Shown here: piece after piece, positions 19,474-29,380 of the stretch
Layout of the letters: each line of letters opens with the position of its first letter
Position numbering within the stretch: the first letter of the stretch is position 1
Source of the DNA: Prochlorococcaceae cyanobacterium
GTDB taxonomy: Bacteria; Cyanobacteriota; Cyanobacteriia; PCC-6307; Cyanobiaceae
Assembly: GCA_040399225.1 (NCBI GenBank)
Contig: JBBASN010000001.1
Location: forward strand, 1-55,041
DNA: 55,041 nucleotides
Direction: 5' to 3'
Program-made: the position numbers and the translations under genes
Notes under the pieces: generated by a model
The model's database searches: none
What the model saw: only the letters and a program-made list of their open reading frames with translations
Told to the model about the DNA's origin: nothing

Positions 19474-19695
19474 GTGCCGCGAAGGGCTTCGCGCCCGGAA
19501 GTTTTTTATACTTGCTTCGCCAAAGGCAGGTCGGCCATCAGCTCTGCCCTGTCCCGCTTCAGGGTTCTGGTGAACGTCCTGTTCAGCCCAGCCTTGGAGC
19601 GCACGTTCACCAGGCGTCCTGCAGCCCGGTTCCCCGTTTCCCGCCCTCCCTTCAGCCCAGGTTTGCCAGTGGCCCGCCGTTCTGCCCGTTCCTCC

Positions 19696-20943
19696 ATGCG
19701 CGGAGTACCCCTGCTGGTGGCCGCTTCCCTGCTGGCGGCCCTGCCCGGCCTGGCGGGCCTCGAAACGATCGAACAGCCCCAGGCCCCCGTGGCCCTGCCG
19801 CCACCTCCACCGGTTCAGGAGGCGGCGCCCCTCAGGCCCGCTCCTGCGGCCAGCCAACCCCAGGCCCAACCCCTGCCACCCCAGGCCCAACCCCAGCTGG
19901 CCCGTCCAGCCCAGCCCATCGCGCCCCAACCCCTGCGCTTCGACCAGTCCCTGGATGAGCTGGTGCGCCAGGGGGTGGTGAGCCCTGCTGAACGGCAGCG
20001 CATCCGCACGGGAGCAACAGCCACGCCCCAGCAATCTCCTGCCCACCAGAAGGCCTGCAGCAGTGGTGCCCTTTCCGAGCAGGAGTGCACCAGCGGTGTG
20101 GTGGTGCGCTGGCGGGGCAAGAACGGCAGCGAGGCTCCAGCCCTGCAGGGCCCCGGCGATCCCCAGGCCCCTCTCCCCTCTGCAGGAGAACTGGCGCCGA
20201 TCGGCTTCAGCGAGGGGGGTGGTCCCCAGCCCCTGAGCACGCCCCTCACCGTGCCGGTGTCGGCGCTGATGGCCGGCGCCGATGGCAGCTTCAGCCTCTC
20301 GAGCGTGTTTGCCATCACCCCCCGTCCGGGGCCGGTGGCAGGCAATGGCAACCGCCGGCTCCTGTTCCCGCTGATCGGGCCGGCCGCGATCAGCAGTGGC
20401 TTCGGTTTCCGCCTGCATCCGGTGCTGGGCAGCTGGCTGATGCATGCCGGCAAGGACTTCGCTGCCCCTGAGGGCACGCCGGTGGTTGCCGCCCTTGGGG
20501 GCCGGGTGGTGAGCAGCGGCATGGCCGGTGGCTACGGCCTCACCGTGGAGGTCGAGCACGACAACCCCAGGCGCCGCACCCTCTACGCCCATCTCAGTGA
20601 ACTGTTCGTGAAGACGGGCGACCGGGTGCGCCAGGGCGAGGTGATCGGTCGGGTGGGCAGCACCGGCATGAGCACGGGTCCCCACCTCCACTTCGAGCTG
20701 CGCCTTCCCCAGGATGGCGGCTGGGTGGCGGTGGATCCAGGCGATCTCGATCCCGGCCCGGCCGGCATCGGTGTGGGCAACGACGCCGTGGCCCTGTTGA
20801 TGGGTCAGCTGCTGCAACGGCTGGAGCGCCCCCAGGTGCAGGCCCAGGCTCCGCTTCAGCCTCAGCTGCAGCAACTCGCCCCTCAGGCACCCGGCGGTGC
20901 CAGGGCCGGCACCCAGTTGCCGCGCAGCCTCATGACTGACTGA
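19696..20943 (+). CDS. M23 family metallopeptidase, secreted
   Basis: HAGKD, YAHL, G.VGSTG.STGPHLHFE; Pro/Gln-rich N-terminal linker. Confidence 0.92.
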   Translation: MRGVPLLVAASLLAALPGLAGLETIEQPQAPVALPPPPPVQEAAPLRPAPAASQPQAQPLPPQAQPQLARPAQPIAPQPLRFDQSLDELVRQGVVSPAERQRIRTGATATPQQSPAHQKACSSGALSEQECTSGVVVRWRGKNGSEAPALQGPGDPQAPLPSAGELAPIGFSEGGGPQPLSTPLTVPVSALMAGADGSFSLSSVFAITPRPGPVAGNGNRRLLFPLIGPAAISSGFGFRLHPVLGSWLMHAGKDFAAPEGTPVVAALGGRVVSSGMAGGYGLTVEVEHDNPRRRTLYAHLSELFVKTGDRVRQGEVIGRVGSTGMSTGPHLHFELRLPQDGGWVAVDPGDLDPGPAGIGVGNDAVALLMGQLLQRLERPQVQAQAPLQPQLQQLAPQAPGGARAGTQLPRSLMTD

Positions 20944-21640
20944 CCGACTGATCGACTGATCCAATCAAGCGGCCGTCGCGGAACTGCACCACCTGCTCGG
21001 CCCGGGCGGCCACCTCGTTCTCGTGGGTCACCATCACCAGGGTGATGCCGCTGCGGTGCAGTTCATCGAAGATCGCCAGCACCTCTTCGGTGGTGCGGGA
21101 ATCAAGGGCGCCGGTGGGCTCGTCGGCCAGCAACATCGCCGGATTGTTGATGATCGCCCGGGCGATGGCCACACGCTGCTGCTGGCCGCCGGAGAGTTGG
21201 TTGGGTTTGTTGTTCAGGCGCTGGCCAAGCCCCACCCGCTCCAGGGCCTCCTCGGCCCGCCGGCGTCGTTCGGCGGCCGGCACGCCGGCGTACACCATCG
21301 GCAGCATCACGTTTTCCATCGCCGTGAGCTGGGGCAGCAGGTGAAACTGCTGGAACACGAAGCCCAGCTGGTGATTGCGCAGGTCGGCGAGGGCGTCGTC
21401 GTCGAGGGATTCCACGGGCACGCCGTTGAGCCGGTAGCTGCCGCCACTGGGGCGATCCAGGCAGCCGAGGATGTTCATGGCCGTGCTCTTGCCGGAGCCT
21501 GAGGCACCCATCACCGCCAGATAGTCGCCCGCCTGCACCGTGAGATCGAGGCCGTCCAGGGCCCGCACTTCGGCATCGCCGCTGCCGTACACCTTCTCCA
21601 CGCCGATCAGCTCGGCCACCGGGGGTGCTGCGCCGGCCAT
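20930..21640 (-). CDS. ABC transporter ATP-binding protein (LolD/MacB-like)
   Basis: GASGSGKST, LSGGQQQRVAIARA, LLADEPTGALD, VTH. Confidence 0.95.
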   Translation of the reverse strand: MAGAAPPVAELIGVEKVYGSGDAEVRALDGLDLTVQAGDYLAVMGASGSGKSTAMNILGCLDRPSGGSYRLNGVPVESLDDDALADLRNHQLGFVFQQFHLLPQLTAMENVMLPMVYAGVPAAERRRRAEEALERVGLGQRLNNKPNQLSGGQQQRVAIARAIINNPAMLLADEPTGALDSRTTEEVLAIFDELHRSGITLVMVTHENEVAARAEQVVQFRDGRLIGSVDQSVSQS

Positions 21641-23211
21641 CAGCCCAGGGCTGCCTGCAACATTGGAGTGCCCACCACGGCCTGGCTGGCCCAGGTGAAC
21701 AGGGGGCTGGAGAGGATGCCGCCGACGGCGGTGACGATCACGCAGCCCACCAGGCCGGCCCGCAGGGCCGGCAGGCCGGGCAGGCTCCAGCTGATGGCGG
21801 GGTAGGCCTTCACCACATCGGAGGCCTCCTGGGGCTCCTTCACCACCATCATCTTGATCACCGAGATGTAGTAGTAGATCGACACCACCGAGGTGATCAG
21901 GCCCACCACCACCAGCAGGTACTGGCCGTCGGCCCAGCCGGCGAAGAACAGGTAGATCTTGCCGAAGAAGCCGAGCATCGGCGGGATGCCGCCCAGCGAC
22001 AGCAGGCAAAGGCTCAGCCCCAGGGTGATTAGCGGATCCTTCTGGTACAGACCGGCGTAATCACTGATCCGGTCGCTGCCGGTGCGCAGCGAGAACAGGA
22101 TGATGCAGGCGAAGGCGCCCAGGTTCATGAACAGGTAGGCGGCCATGTAGAGCACCATGGCGGCGTAGCCGTCCTCGGTGCCGCACACCAGGCCGATCAT
22201 CACGAAGCCGGCCTGGCCGATCGAGCTGTAGGCCAGCATCCGCTTCATCGAGGTCTGGGCCAGGGCCACCACGTTGCCCAGCACCATCGAGAGCACCGCC
22301 AGCACGGTGAACAGCAGCTTCCACTGGGTGTCGAAGCTGCCGAAACAGCCCACCAGGATGCGCAGGGCCAAGGCGAAGCCGGCAGCCTTGGATCCCACCG
22401 AAAGGAAGGCCACCACCGGCGTGGGCGAACCCTCATATACGTCGGGGGTCCACTGGTGGAAGGGCACGGCGGCGATCTTGAAGGCCACGGTGGCCAGCAC
22501 GAACACCAGCGCGAGGGCGGCGATCGGGCTGGCGCTGGTCTGCAGGGCCACACCCACCGCCTCCAGGCTGGTGGATCCGCCCGTGAGGCCATAGAGCAGG
22601 GAGGCGCCGTAGAGGAACACGGCAGCGGCGGCCGAGCCCACCAGCAGATATTTGAGCGCTGCCTCGGAGCTGCGGGCGTCCCGCTTCATGTAGCCCGAGA
22701 GCAGGTAGCTGGCCACCGAGAGGGTTTCCAGCGACACGAAGATGCTCACCAGGTCGGTGGAGCCACACAGGAACATGGCCCCGAGGGTGGCGGCCAGCAG
22801 GATCGCCGCGTATTCACCCACCGGCGTGCCGCTCTGCTCCACGTAGCGCCAGCTGAGCATCAGCGTGATCAGGGTGGAGGCGGCCACCACCGCCCGGAAG
22901 GCGATTGCCAGGTTGTCGGCCAGGAAGCTGCCCAGAAACGATGGGGCCAGGGCCGGATCGTTCCACTGCAGGGCCAGCAGCACCAGGGCCCCGCCCAGGC
23001 CGGCGTAGCTGAAGGGCGGCACCCAGCGGCTGGCGGCCTTCTCGCCGGCCAGATCCACCAGCAGGCAGGCCAGCAGGGCCACCAGCACCGCTGCCTCCGG
23101 GGCGATCGTGCCGGCATTGAGCTGGCTGGCCAGGTTGGCCACGCCTGCCCCGCTGCCGATGGCGTCGACCGCGGGATTGACCGCGGTGAGCAGGGCGCCG
23201 GGCAGGGACAT
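21640..23211 (-). CDS. ndhB: NAD(P)H-quinone oxidoreductase subunit 2 (NuoN-like)
   Basis: [47 protein letters not shown]. Confidence 0.97.
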   Translation of the reverse strand: MSLPGALLTAVNPAVDAIGSGAGVANLASQLNAGTIAPEAAVLVALLACLLVDLAGEKAASRWVPPFSYAGLGGALVLLALQWNDPALAPSFLGSFLADNLAIAFRAVVAASTLITLMLSWRYVEQSGTPVGEYAAILLAATLGAMFLCGSTDLVSIFVSLETLSVASYLLSGYMKRDARSSEAALKYLLVGSAAAAVFLYGASLLYGLTGGSTSLEAVGVALQTSASPIAALALVFVLATVAFKIAAVPFHQWTPDVYEGSPTPVVAFLSVGSKAAGFALALRILVGCFGSFDTQWKLLFTVLAVLSMVLGNVVALAQTSMKRMLAYSSIGQAGFVMIGLVCGTEDGYAAMVLYMAAYLFMNLGAFACIILFSLRTGSDRISDYAGLYQKDPLITLGLSLCLLSLGGIPPMLGFFGKIYLFFAGWADGQYLLVVVGLITSVVSIYYYISVIKMMVVKEPQEASDVVKAYPAISWSLPGLPALRAGLVGCVIVTAVGGILSSPLFTWASQAVVGTPMLQAALG

Positions 23212-23314
23212 CACAGCGGCTTGAGCCAGGTTTGCTGGGGGTGACTGTAGCCGTGCTGTTTCCACCCACTGGACAGGTGGTGCGATAAAGAGGGAAGCGG
23301 TCGTCCACCTGCCT

Positions 23315-26035
23315 GTGGGTCACACCCTGGTCATCGTCGAGAGCCCCACCAAGGCCCGCACCATCCGCGGCTTCCTGCCCAAGGACTTCCGGGTGGAGGC
23401 CTCGATGGGCCATGTGCGGGACCTGCCCAACAACGCCAGCGAGATCCCGGCGGCCCACAAGGGGGAGAAATGGGCCAACCTCGGCGTCAACACCGCCAAC
23501 AACTTCGAGCCCCTCTACGTGGTGCCGAAGGACAAGAAGAAGGTGGTGAAGGAACTGAAGGACGCCCTCAAGGGCGCCGACCAGCTGCTGCTGGCCACGG
23601 ACGAAGACCGGGAAGGGGAATCGATCAGCTGGCACCTGCTGCAGCTGCTGGGCCCCAAGGTGCCGGTGAAGCGGATGGTGTTCCACGAGATCACCAAGGA
23701 GGCGATCGGCCGGGCCCTGGAGCAGACCCGCGAGCTCGATATGGAGCTGGTGCACGCCCAGGAGACCCGCCGCATCCTCGATCGGCTGGTGGGCTACACC
23801 CTCTCGCCGCTGCTGTGGAAGAAGGTGGCGTGGGGGCTGAGCGCCGGCCGCGTCCAGTCAGTGGCGGTGCGCCTGCTTGTGCAGCGCGAGCGGGCCCGCC
23901 GGGCCTTCCGGAGCGGCAGCTACTGGGACCTCAAGGCCCGGCTGGAGCAGGCCGGCAGCGCCTTTGAGGCCAAGCTCAGCCAGTTGGGCGGCGTGAAGAT
24001 CGCCGGAGGCTCCGACTTCGACGAGAGCACCGGTGGCCTCAAGGCCGGCAGCAAGGTGCGTCTGCTGGCCGAGGCCGAAGCCCGCCAGCTGCGCGAGGCG
24101 GTGCTCGCCGCCCCCTGGCGGGTGGCGGCCGTCGAGGAGAAGCCCACGGTGCGCAAGCCGGTGGCGCCCTTCACCACCAGCACCCTGCAGCAGGAGGCCA
24201 ACCGCAAGCTGCGGCTCTCGGCCCGGGAAACGATGCGCACGGCCCAGGGCCTCTACGAGCGCGGCTTCATCACCTACATGCGCACCGATTCGGTGCACCT
24301 CAGCGAGCAGGCGATCAGCGCCGCCCGCAGCTGCGTGGGCGCCAAATACGGCAAGGAGTACCTGAGCCCCAGCCCGCGCCAGTTCTCCACCAAGGCCCGC
24401 AACGCCCAGGAGGCCCACGAGGCGATCCGTCCCGCCGGCGAGAGCTTTCGCGATCCCAGTGCCACCGGCCTCGACGGCCGCGACCTGGCCCTCTACGAGC
24501 TGATCTGGAAGCGCACCGTGGCCTCCCAGATGGCCGACGCCAAACTCACCATGCTCAGCGTGGATCTGGAGGTGGATGGCGGCGCGCTGGGGCTGGCCAG
24601 CTTCCGCGCCAGCGGCAAGCGCATCGATTTTCCCGGCTTCTTCCGCGCCTATGTGGAGGGCTCCGACGATCCTGATGCGGCGCTGGAGGGCCAGGAGGTG
24701 CTGCTGCCGGCCCTCAAGAGCGGCGACCAGCCCGGCTGCCAGGAGGTGGAGGCCCTCGGTCACCAGACCCAGCCCCCCGCCCGCTACAGCGAGGCCGCCC
24801 TGGTGAAGATGCTGGAGAAGGAGGGCATCGGCCGCCCCTCCACCTACGCTTCGATCATCGGCACGATCGTGGACCGGGGCTACGCCACCCTGGCCGGCAA
24901 TGCCCTCACCCCCAGCTTCACGGCCTTTGCGGTGACGGCCCTGCTGGAGGAGCACTTCCCGGACTTGGTGGACACCAGCTTCACCGCCCGGATGGAGAAC
25001 ACGCTCGATGAGATCTCCCACGGCCAGGTGCAGTGGCTGCCCTACCTGGAGAGCTTCTACAAGGGCGAAAAAGGCCTGGAAACCCAGGTGGCCCAGCGGG
25101 AGGGCGACATCGACCCCGGTGCCTCGCGCACGGTGGAGCTGGAAGGGTTGACCTGCGTGGTGCGCATCGGCCGCTTCGGCGCCTACCTGGAAACCAAGCG
25201 CGTCGCCGACGACGGCAGCGAAGAGCTGCTCAAGGCCACCCTGCCCCAGGAGATCACCCCGGGTGACCTTGATGCCGAGAAGGCTGAGCTGATTCTCAAG
25301 CAGAAGGCCGAGGGGCCCGAGGCGCTGGGGGAAGACCCGGAAACCGGCGAGGCGGTGTATCTGCTGTTTGGCCAGTACGGCCCCTACGTGCAGCGGGGCC
25401 AGGTGAGCGACGACAACCCCAAGCCCAAGCGGGCCTCGCTGCCCAAGGGCGTCAAGCCCGAGGAGCTCAAGCTCGAGGATGCCCTGGGGCTGCTGCAGTT
25501 GCCGCGCCAGTTGGGCGAACACCCCGATGGCGGCCGTATCGATGCCGGCCTGGGCCGCTTCGGGCCCTATGTGGTGCACCACAAGGGCAAGGGCGAGAAG
25601 GACTACCGCTCCCTCAAGGCCGACGACGACGTGCTGCTGGTGGGCCTGGACCGGGCCCTGGAGCTGCTGGCCATGCCCAAGAAGGGCCGCGGTGGCCGCA
25701 CGGCCCTGAAAGATCTTGGCACCCCCGATGGCGACGACGAGGCGATCCAGTTGTTTGATGGCCCCTATGGTCTCTATGTGAAGCAGGGCAAGGTGAATGC
25801 CTCCCTGCCGGAGGGCACCACGGCCGACACGATCACCCTGGAGCAGGCCGTGGAGTTGCTGGCGGCCAAGGCGGCGAGCGGCAAGACCAAGGGCCGCAAG
25901 ACCCCCGCCAAAGCGGGCACGACCGCCCGCAAGCCTGCGGCCAAGACACCCGCTGCCCGCAAGGCTCCCGCCACCACCAAGACCGGTCGCCTGCGCGCCA
26001 GTGCCGTGCGGGTGATCAAGGCTGCCGACAACTGA
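23315..26035 (+). CDS. topA: DNA topoisomerase I
   Basis: [34 protein letters not shown] (catalytic Tyr), GIGRPSTY, C-terminal GR(F/Y)GPY repeats. Confidence 0.98.
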   Translation: MGHTLVIVESPTKARTIRGFLPKDFRVEASMGHVRDLPNNASEIPAAHKGEKWANLGVNTANNFEPLYVVPKDKKKVVKELKDALKGADQLLLATDEDREGESISWHLLQLLGPKVPVKRMVFHEITKEAIGRALEQTRELDMELVHAQETRRILDRLVGYTLSPLLWKKVAWGLSAGRVQSVAVRLLVQRERARRAFRSGSYWDLKARLEQAGSAFEAKLSQLGGVKIAGGSDFDESTGGLKAGSKVRLLAEAEARQLREAVLAAPWRVAAVEEKPTVRKPVAPFTTSTLQQEANRKLRLSARETMRTAQGLYERGFITYMRTDSVHLSEQAISAARSCVGAKYGKEYLSPSPRQFSTKARNAQEAHEAIRPAGESFRDPSATGLDGRDLALYELIWKRTVASQMADAKLTMLSVDLEVDGGALGLASFRASGKRIDFPGFFRAYVEGSDDPDAALEGQEVLLPALKSGDQPGCQEVEALGHQTQPPARYSEAALVKMLEKEGIGRPSTYASIIGTIVDRGYATLAGNALTPSFTAFAVTALLEEHFPDLVDTSFTARMENTLDEISHGQVQWLPYLESFYKGEKGLETQVAQREGDIDPGASRTVELEGLTCVVRIGRFGAYLETKRVADDGSEELLKATLPQEITPGDLDAEKAELILKQKAEGPEALGEDPETGEAVYLLFGQYGPYVQRGQVSDDNPKPKRASLPKGVKPEELKLEDALGLLQLPRQLGEHPDGGRIDAGLGRFGPYVVHHKGKGEKDYRSLKADDDVLLVGLDRALELLAMPKKGRGGRTALKDLGTPDGDDEAIQLFDGPYGLYVKQGKVNASLPEGTTADTITLEQAVELLAAKAASGKTKGRKTPAKAGTTARKPAAKTPAARKAPATTKTGRLRASAVRVIKAADN

Positions 26036-26529
26036 TGGCCGCCCCTCGCCCGCTGCTGCCCTGTCTGGCCCTGCTGCTGGCCCTGCCCCTGGCGGCCTGC
26101 AGTGGCACCCCCTTCGGCCAGCAACTGAGCGACAGCTTCTCCGGTCCCGGCGTTTCCCCCCCAGCCCAGCAACCCCAGGCCAACAGCACCCCCGGTCCCA
26201 GAGCTCCAACAACTCCCACCGGCACGCCGTCCTCCGCCACGCCTGCCGCTAGGCCTGCGCCTCCCCGACCTGCAGCCCTGGCCCCGGCGCCCTACCGCTT
26301 GATCCTGCGCCTGCCCGCCGCCGACCCGGCGGCCCCCGCCGAAGCGGTGACGGAGGCCCTGCGGGCGGCTGGGGTGAGCTTTGAAGTGGAAACGATCGAG
26401 CGGGTTCCCGCAGCCAACGCTCCCGGCGAGCCGGTTCCAGCCCCGCAGCCCCCCTCCCCGCAGCCCCCCTCCCCGTCTCAGGCCCCCTTGCCTGCCCCCG
26501 CAGCCCGGCCGGCCCCAGCCCCCCGCTAA
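26035..26529 (+). CDS. Pro-rich hypothetical lipoprotein
   Basis: Lipobox LAAC; core YRLILRL..ADPAAPAE.VT.ALR.AGV.FEVE.IE. Confidence 0.75.
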   Translation: MAAPRPLLPCLALLLALPLAACSGTPFGQQLSDSFSGPGVSPPAQQPQANSTPGPRAPTTPTGTPSSATPAARPAPPRPAALAPAPYRLILRLPAADPAAPAEAVTEALRAAGVSFEVETIERVPAANAPGEPVPAPQPPSPQPPSPSQAPLPAPAARPAPAPR

Positions 26530-27173
26530 TGGCCGCGCCGCTCAGCCCCCGGCAGACGCGCCAGCTGATGGACACCGCTTACCTGGCGGCTGCCACCGGC
26601 CTGCTGTGGGTCGCCCTCTACTACCTGCCGGTGGGCAGTCCCTTGTTCCGGCTGGCCCTGCCCCTGCCGCTGGCCCTGCTGCAGTTGCGCCATGGCTGGC
26701 GCTGCGCTTGGGAGGGAATGGTGGTCACCGCCCTGCTGCTGGTGGTGCTGATGGGGCCGATCCGGGGGCCGCTGGTGGTGTTTCCCTACGGACTGCTCGC
26801 CCTGTGGCTGGGTTGGTGCTGGCGTCGGCGCTGGAGCTGGTGGCTGAGCTGGGGGGTTGGCAGCATCATCGGCACCCTGGGTTTTCTGGTGCGGGTGGCC
26901 GTGCTCTCACTGATGGTGGGAGAGAACCTCTGGGTGGTGATCACCTCCGCCGCGGCCGGGTTGCTGGAGCGGCTGGCCGGGCTGCTGGGCCTGGCGGCGG
27001 GCGTGGAGCTGGCCCAGGTGCAGGTGGCGGCCGTGCTGCTGGTGTGGGTGCAGAACCTGATCGTGGTGCTGGCCCTGCACGCCGTGGCCTACTGGATCTT
27101 TCCCCGCCTCAAGGCGCCGATCAGTGAGCCGCCTGCGGCGCTGCGGGCCCTGGTGGCGGTGGATCCGCTCTGA
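26529..27173 (+). CDS. DUF2232 (YybS-like) membrane protein
   Basis: LMDTAYLAA, LPLPLALL.LRHG, LMGP.RG; about six TMs. Confidence 0.8.
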   Translation: MAAPLSPRQTRQLMDTAYLAAATGLLWVALYYLPVGSPLFRLALPLPLALLQLRHGWRCAWEGMVVTALLLVVLMGPIRGPLVVFPYGLLALWLGWCWRRRWSWWLSWGVGSIIGTLGFLVRVAVLSLMVGENLWVVITSAAAGLLERLAGLLGLAAGVELAQVQVAAVLLVWVQNLIVVLALHAVAYWIFPRLKAPISEPPAALRALVAVDPL

Positions 27174-27189
27174 GGGGAGGGCCGGGGCG

Positions 27190-28332
27190 ATGGCTGCAGC
27201 GGCCGTTGCCGATCCCGTGCCCTGGCCGCGCAGCCGCCTGCTGCTGCTGCTGGCTGCCACCGAGACGGCGGCCGTGCCGGGCATCTCGGCGGCCGGAGCC
27301 ACGCCCGCCTCGCGCCGGGGCACGGCGGCGGCCGACGCCGAGCTCTTGCTGGCCGGGCCTGGAGCTCCCCGGCCCCATGCCCTGCCGCCGCTGCCGGCGG
27401 GGGTGAGTCCGGCCCTAATCAGCCATGTGGTGCTGCGGGAACTGGGCTGGCTGGAGCGCTCCCTGGTGCTGGATCTGGGCTGCGCGGTGGCGCCGGCGGT
27501 GCCCCATCTGCGCCTGCCCGCCGCTGAGAGTGCCGGGCCGGCGCGCTGCCTCAGTTCCGGGCGGGCCATGGACCCCGCGCGGGTGGAGGCCCTGCTGCGC
27601 CGTGGCCGGGCCTGGGGGGAGCGGCTCACGCCCGCCGAACCGCTGGTGCTGGCCGAGTGCGTGCCGGGAGGGACCACCACGGCCCTGGCGGTGTTGCGGG
27701 GGTTGGGACTGCCCGCCGACGGCCTGGTGAGCGGCAGCCTGCGCACCAGTGCCCACGGGCTGAAGGCCGAGCTAGTCCGGCGCGGGCTGGCGGCGGCGGA
27801 CCTGGCGGACCTGCCCACCGCCGCCAGTCCCCAGCGGGTGCTGGCGGCGGTGGGCGATCCGATGCAGGCCCTGGCCACCGGCCTGCTGCTGGGGGCGGCG
27901 GCGCGGGGGGTGCCGCTGCTGCTGGCGGGGGGCAGCCAGATGGCGGCGGTGCTGGCCCTGGCCCTGGCCCTGGCCCCGCCCGCGGCCCGGGCCAGGCTGG
28001 CCGCCGCGGCGCCGATCGCCACCACGGCATGGGTGGCTGAGGAGCCCGACAGCGACCTGCAGCGGCTGCTGGCCCTGATCGGCGGGTACTGGCAGGTGCG
28101 GCCCCGGCTGGAGGTGGCCGGCCTGCGCTTTCACCACTGCAGCAGCCCGGCCCTGCAGGACTACGAGCGCGGCTACGTCAAGGAGGGGGTGGGGGCCGGA
28201 GGGCTGGCCTGGCTGTGGCAGCGGCTGGGCCGGGACCCCCAGGTCCTGGCCCAGGCCTGTGACCGGGCCTGCGCGCTGCTGCTGGCCGGGCAGTGGTCCG
28301 GTCCTGGGTCGGTGCCTAGGGTCTCGGAATGA
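27190..28332 (+). CDS. cobT: Nicotinate-mononucleotide-dependent phosphoribosyltransferase CobT (archaeal/cyanobacterial type)
   Basis: TETA..PGISAAG, ECVPGGTTTA, VGDPMQ, LAGGSQM, YE.GYVKEGVGAGG. Confidence 0.9.
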   Translation: MAAAAVADPVPWPRSRLLLLLAATETAAVPGISAAGATPASRRGTAAADAELLLAGPGAPRPHALPPLPAGVSPALISHVVLRELGWLERSLVLDLGCAVAPAVPHLRLPAAESAGPARCLSSGRAMDPARVEALLRRGRAWGERLTPAEPLVLAECVPGGTTTALAVLRGLGLPADGLVSGSLRTSAHGLKAELVRRGLAAADLADLPTAASPQRVLAAVGDPMQALATGLLLGAAARGVPLLLAGGSQMAAVLALALALAPPAARARLAAAAPIATTAWVAEEPDSDLQRLLALIGGYWQVRPRLEVAGLRFHHCSSPALQDYERGYVKEGVGAGGLAWLWQRLGRDPQVLAQACDRACALLLAGQWSGPGSVPRVSE

Positions 28333-29363
28333 TCGCCTCCCCCCCGTCCCTGGGCCGCCGCCGCTTGCTGCAGCTGGGCCTGGGCGCCAGTGCTCTGCTG
28401 GCCCTGCCGGCGGGGCTGACGGGCTGCCGCCAGGGCCAGGCGGAGGACCTGCTGATGGTGGCGGGCGAGCTGCCGCAGGCCTGGTGGCGACGGCTGCCTG
28501 CCCCCTGGCGGGGCCGCTCTCTGGATTCGCCCGTCGCCGTGCTGGAGCAGCTGCAGACCAGCTCCAGGTCCCCAGGGACGCATGGGCTGGTGAGCCTCGC
28601 CGACGGTTGGGCCACCAGCGTGCCCAGCAGCCGCTGGCAGCCGCTGCAGGCCCCCGACCTGCTGGGGCGGCTGGCCAACTGGGCGGAGCCGATCAGCCGC
28701 CTGTTCGGCCCGGCGGATGGGCCGGCCCTGGCCTTTCCCTGGGCCTTCAGCCCCTGGGTGCTGGTGCTGCGCTCCCGCCCCTCCCTGGCCGCCCGGGCCC
28801 AGGAGGGTTGGGACCTGTTGCTCGATCCCAGCCTCACCGGCAAGCTGGTGCTGCCCTCGAGCCCCCGGCTGTGCATCGAGCTGATGGGCCGGGATTTCGA
28901 TCGCATCGCGGCCCTGCGGCGCCAGGCCCTGGCCTACGACGACCGCGATGGCCTCAGCCTGCTGCTCAGTGGTGAGGCCGAGGCCGCGGTGCTGCCGCTG
29001 CGGCGACTGATTCCCCTGCTGCGCCGTGATCAGCGCCTGCAGGTGGTGCTGCCCGCCAGCGGCGCCCCCCTCAGCTGGCAGCTGCTGCTGCGTCCCACGG
29101 GCGCCTCGGCGCCCCTCCCCCTCGACTGGATCGCGGCCGCCCTGGAGCCGCCACTGCTGGCGGCGCTGCTGCAGGCAGGTTGGGTGCCGCCCCTGTCCCG
29201 CGCCGTGCTGGAGCCCCAGGTGCGCCGCTTTCCCGAACCACTGGCCGCGCTGCTGCTGCCCGACCAGCAGGTGCTGGAGCGCTGCTGGAGCCTGCCGCCG
29301 CTCACGGTGCCCCAGCGCCTGGCCCTGCAGACCGTGTGGGATGCCAGCGGCCTGCCGGACTAG
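28329..29363 (+). CDS. Tat-exported lipoprotein, divergent ABC-type (PotD-like) substrate-binding protein
   Basis: SLGRRRLLQ twin-arginine motif plus LTGC lipobox; 'GW..LLDP.L.GK' and 'P.SG' PotD-like segments. Confidence 0.65.
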   Translation: MIASPPSLGRRRLLQLGLGASALLALPAGLTGCRQGQAEDLLMVAGELPQAWWRRLPAPWRGRSLDSPVAVLEQLQTSSRSPGTHGLVSLADGWATSVPSSRWQPLQAPDLLGRLANWAEPISRLFGPADGPALAFPWAFSPWVLVLRSRPSLAARAQEGWDLLLDPSLTGKLVLPSSPRLCIELMGRDFDRIAALRRQALAYDDRDGLSLLLSGEAEAAVLPLRRLIPLLRRDQRLQVVLPASGAPLSWQLLLRPTGASAPLPLDWIAAALEPPLLAALLQAGWVPPLSRAVLEPQVRRFPEPLAALLLPDQQVLERCWSLPPLTVPQRLALQTVWDASGLPD

Positions 29364-29380
29364 TCGGACCGACCTCCTGT

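Noticed and set aside
26443-26472. 15-bp tandem repeat encoding PQPPS x2
   Set aside because: Ordinary slippage in a Pro-rich disordered tail
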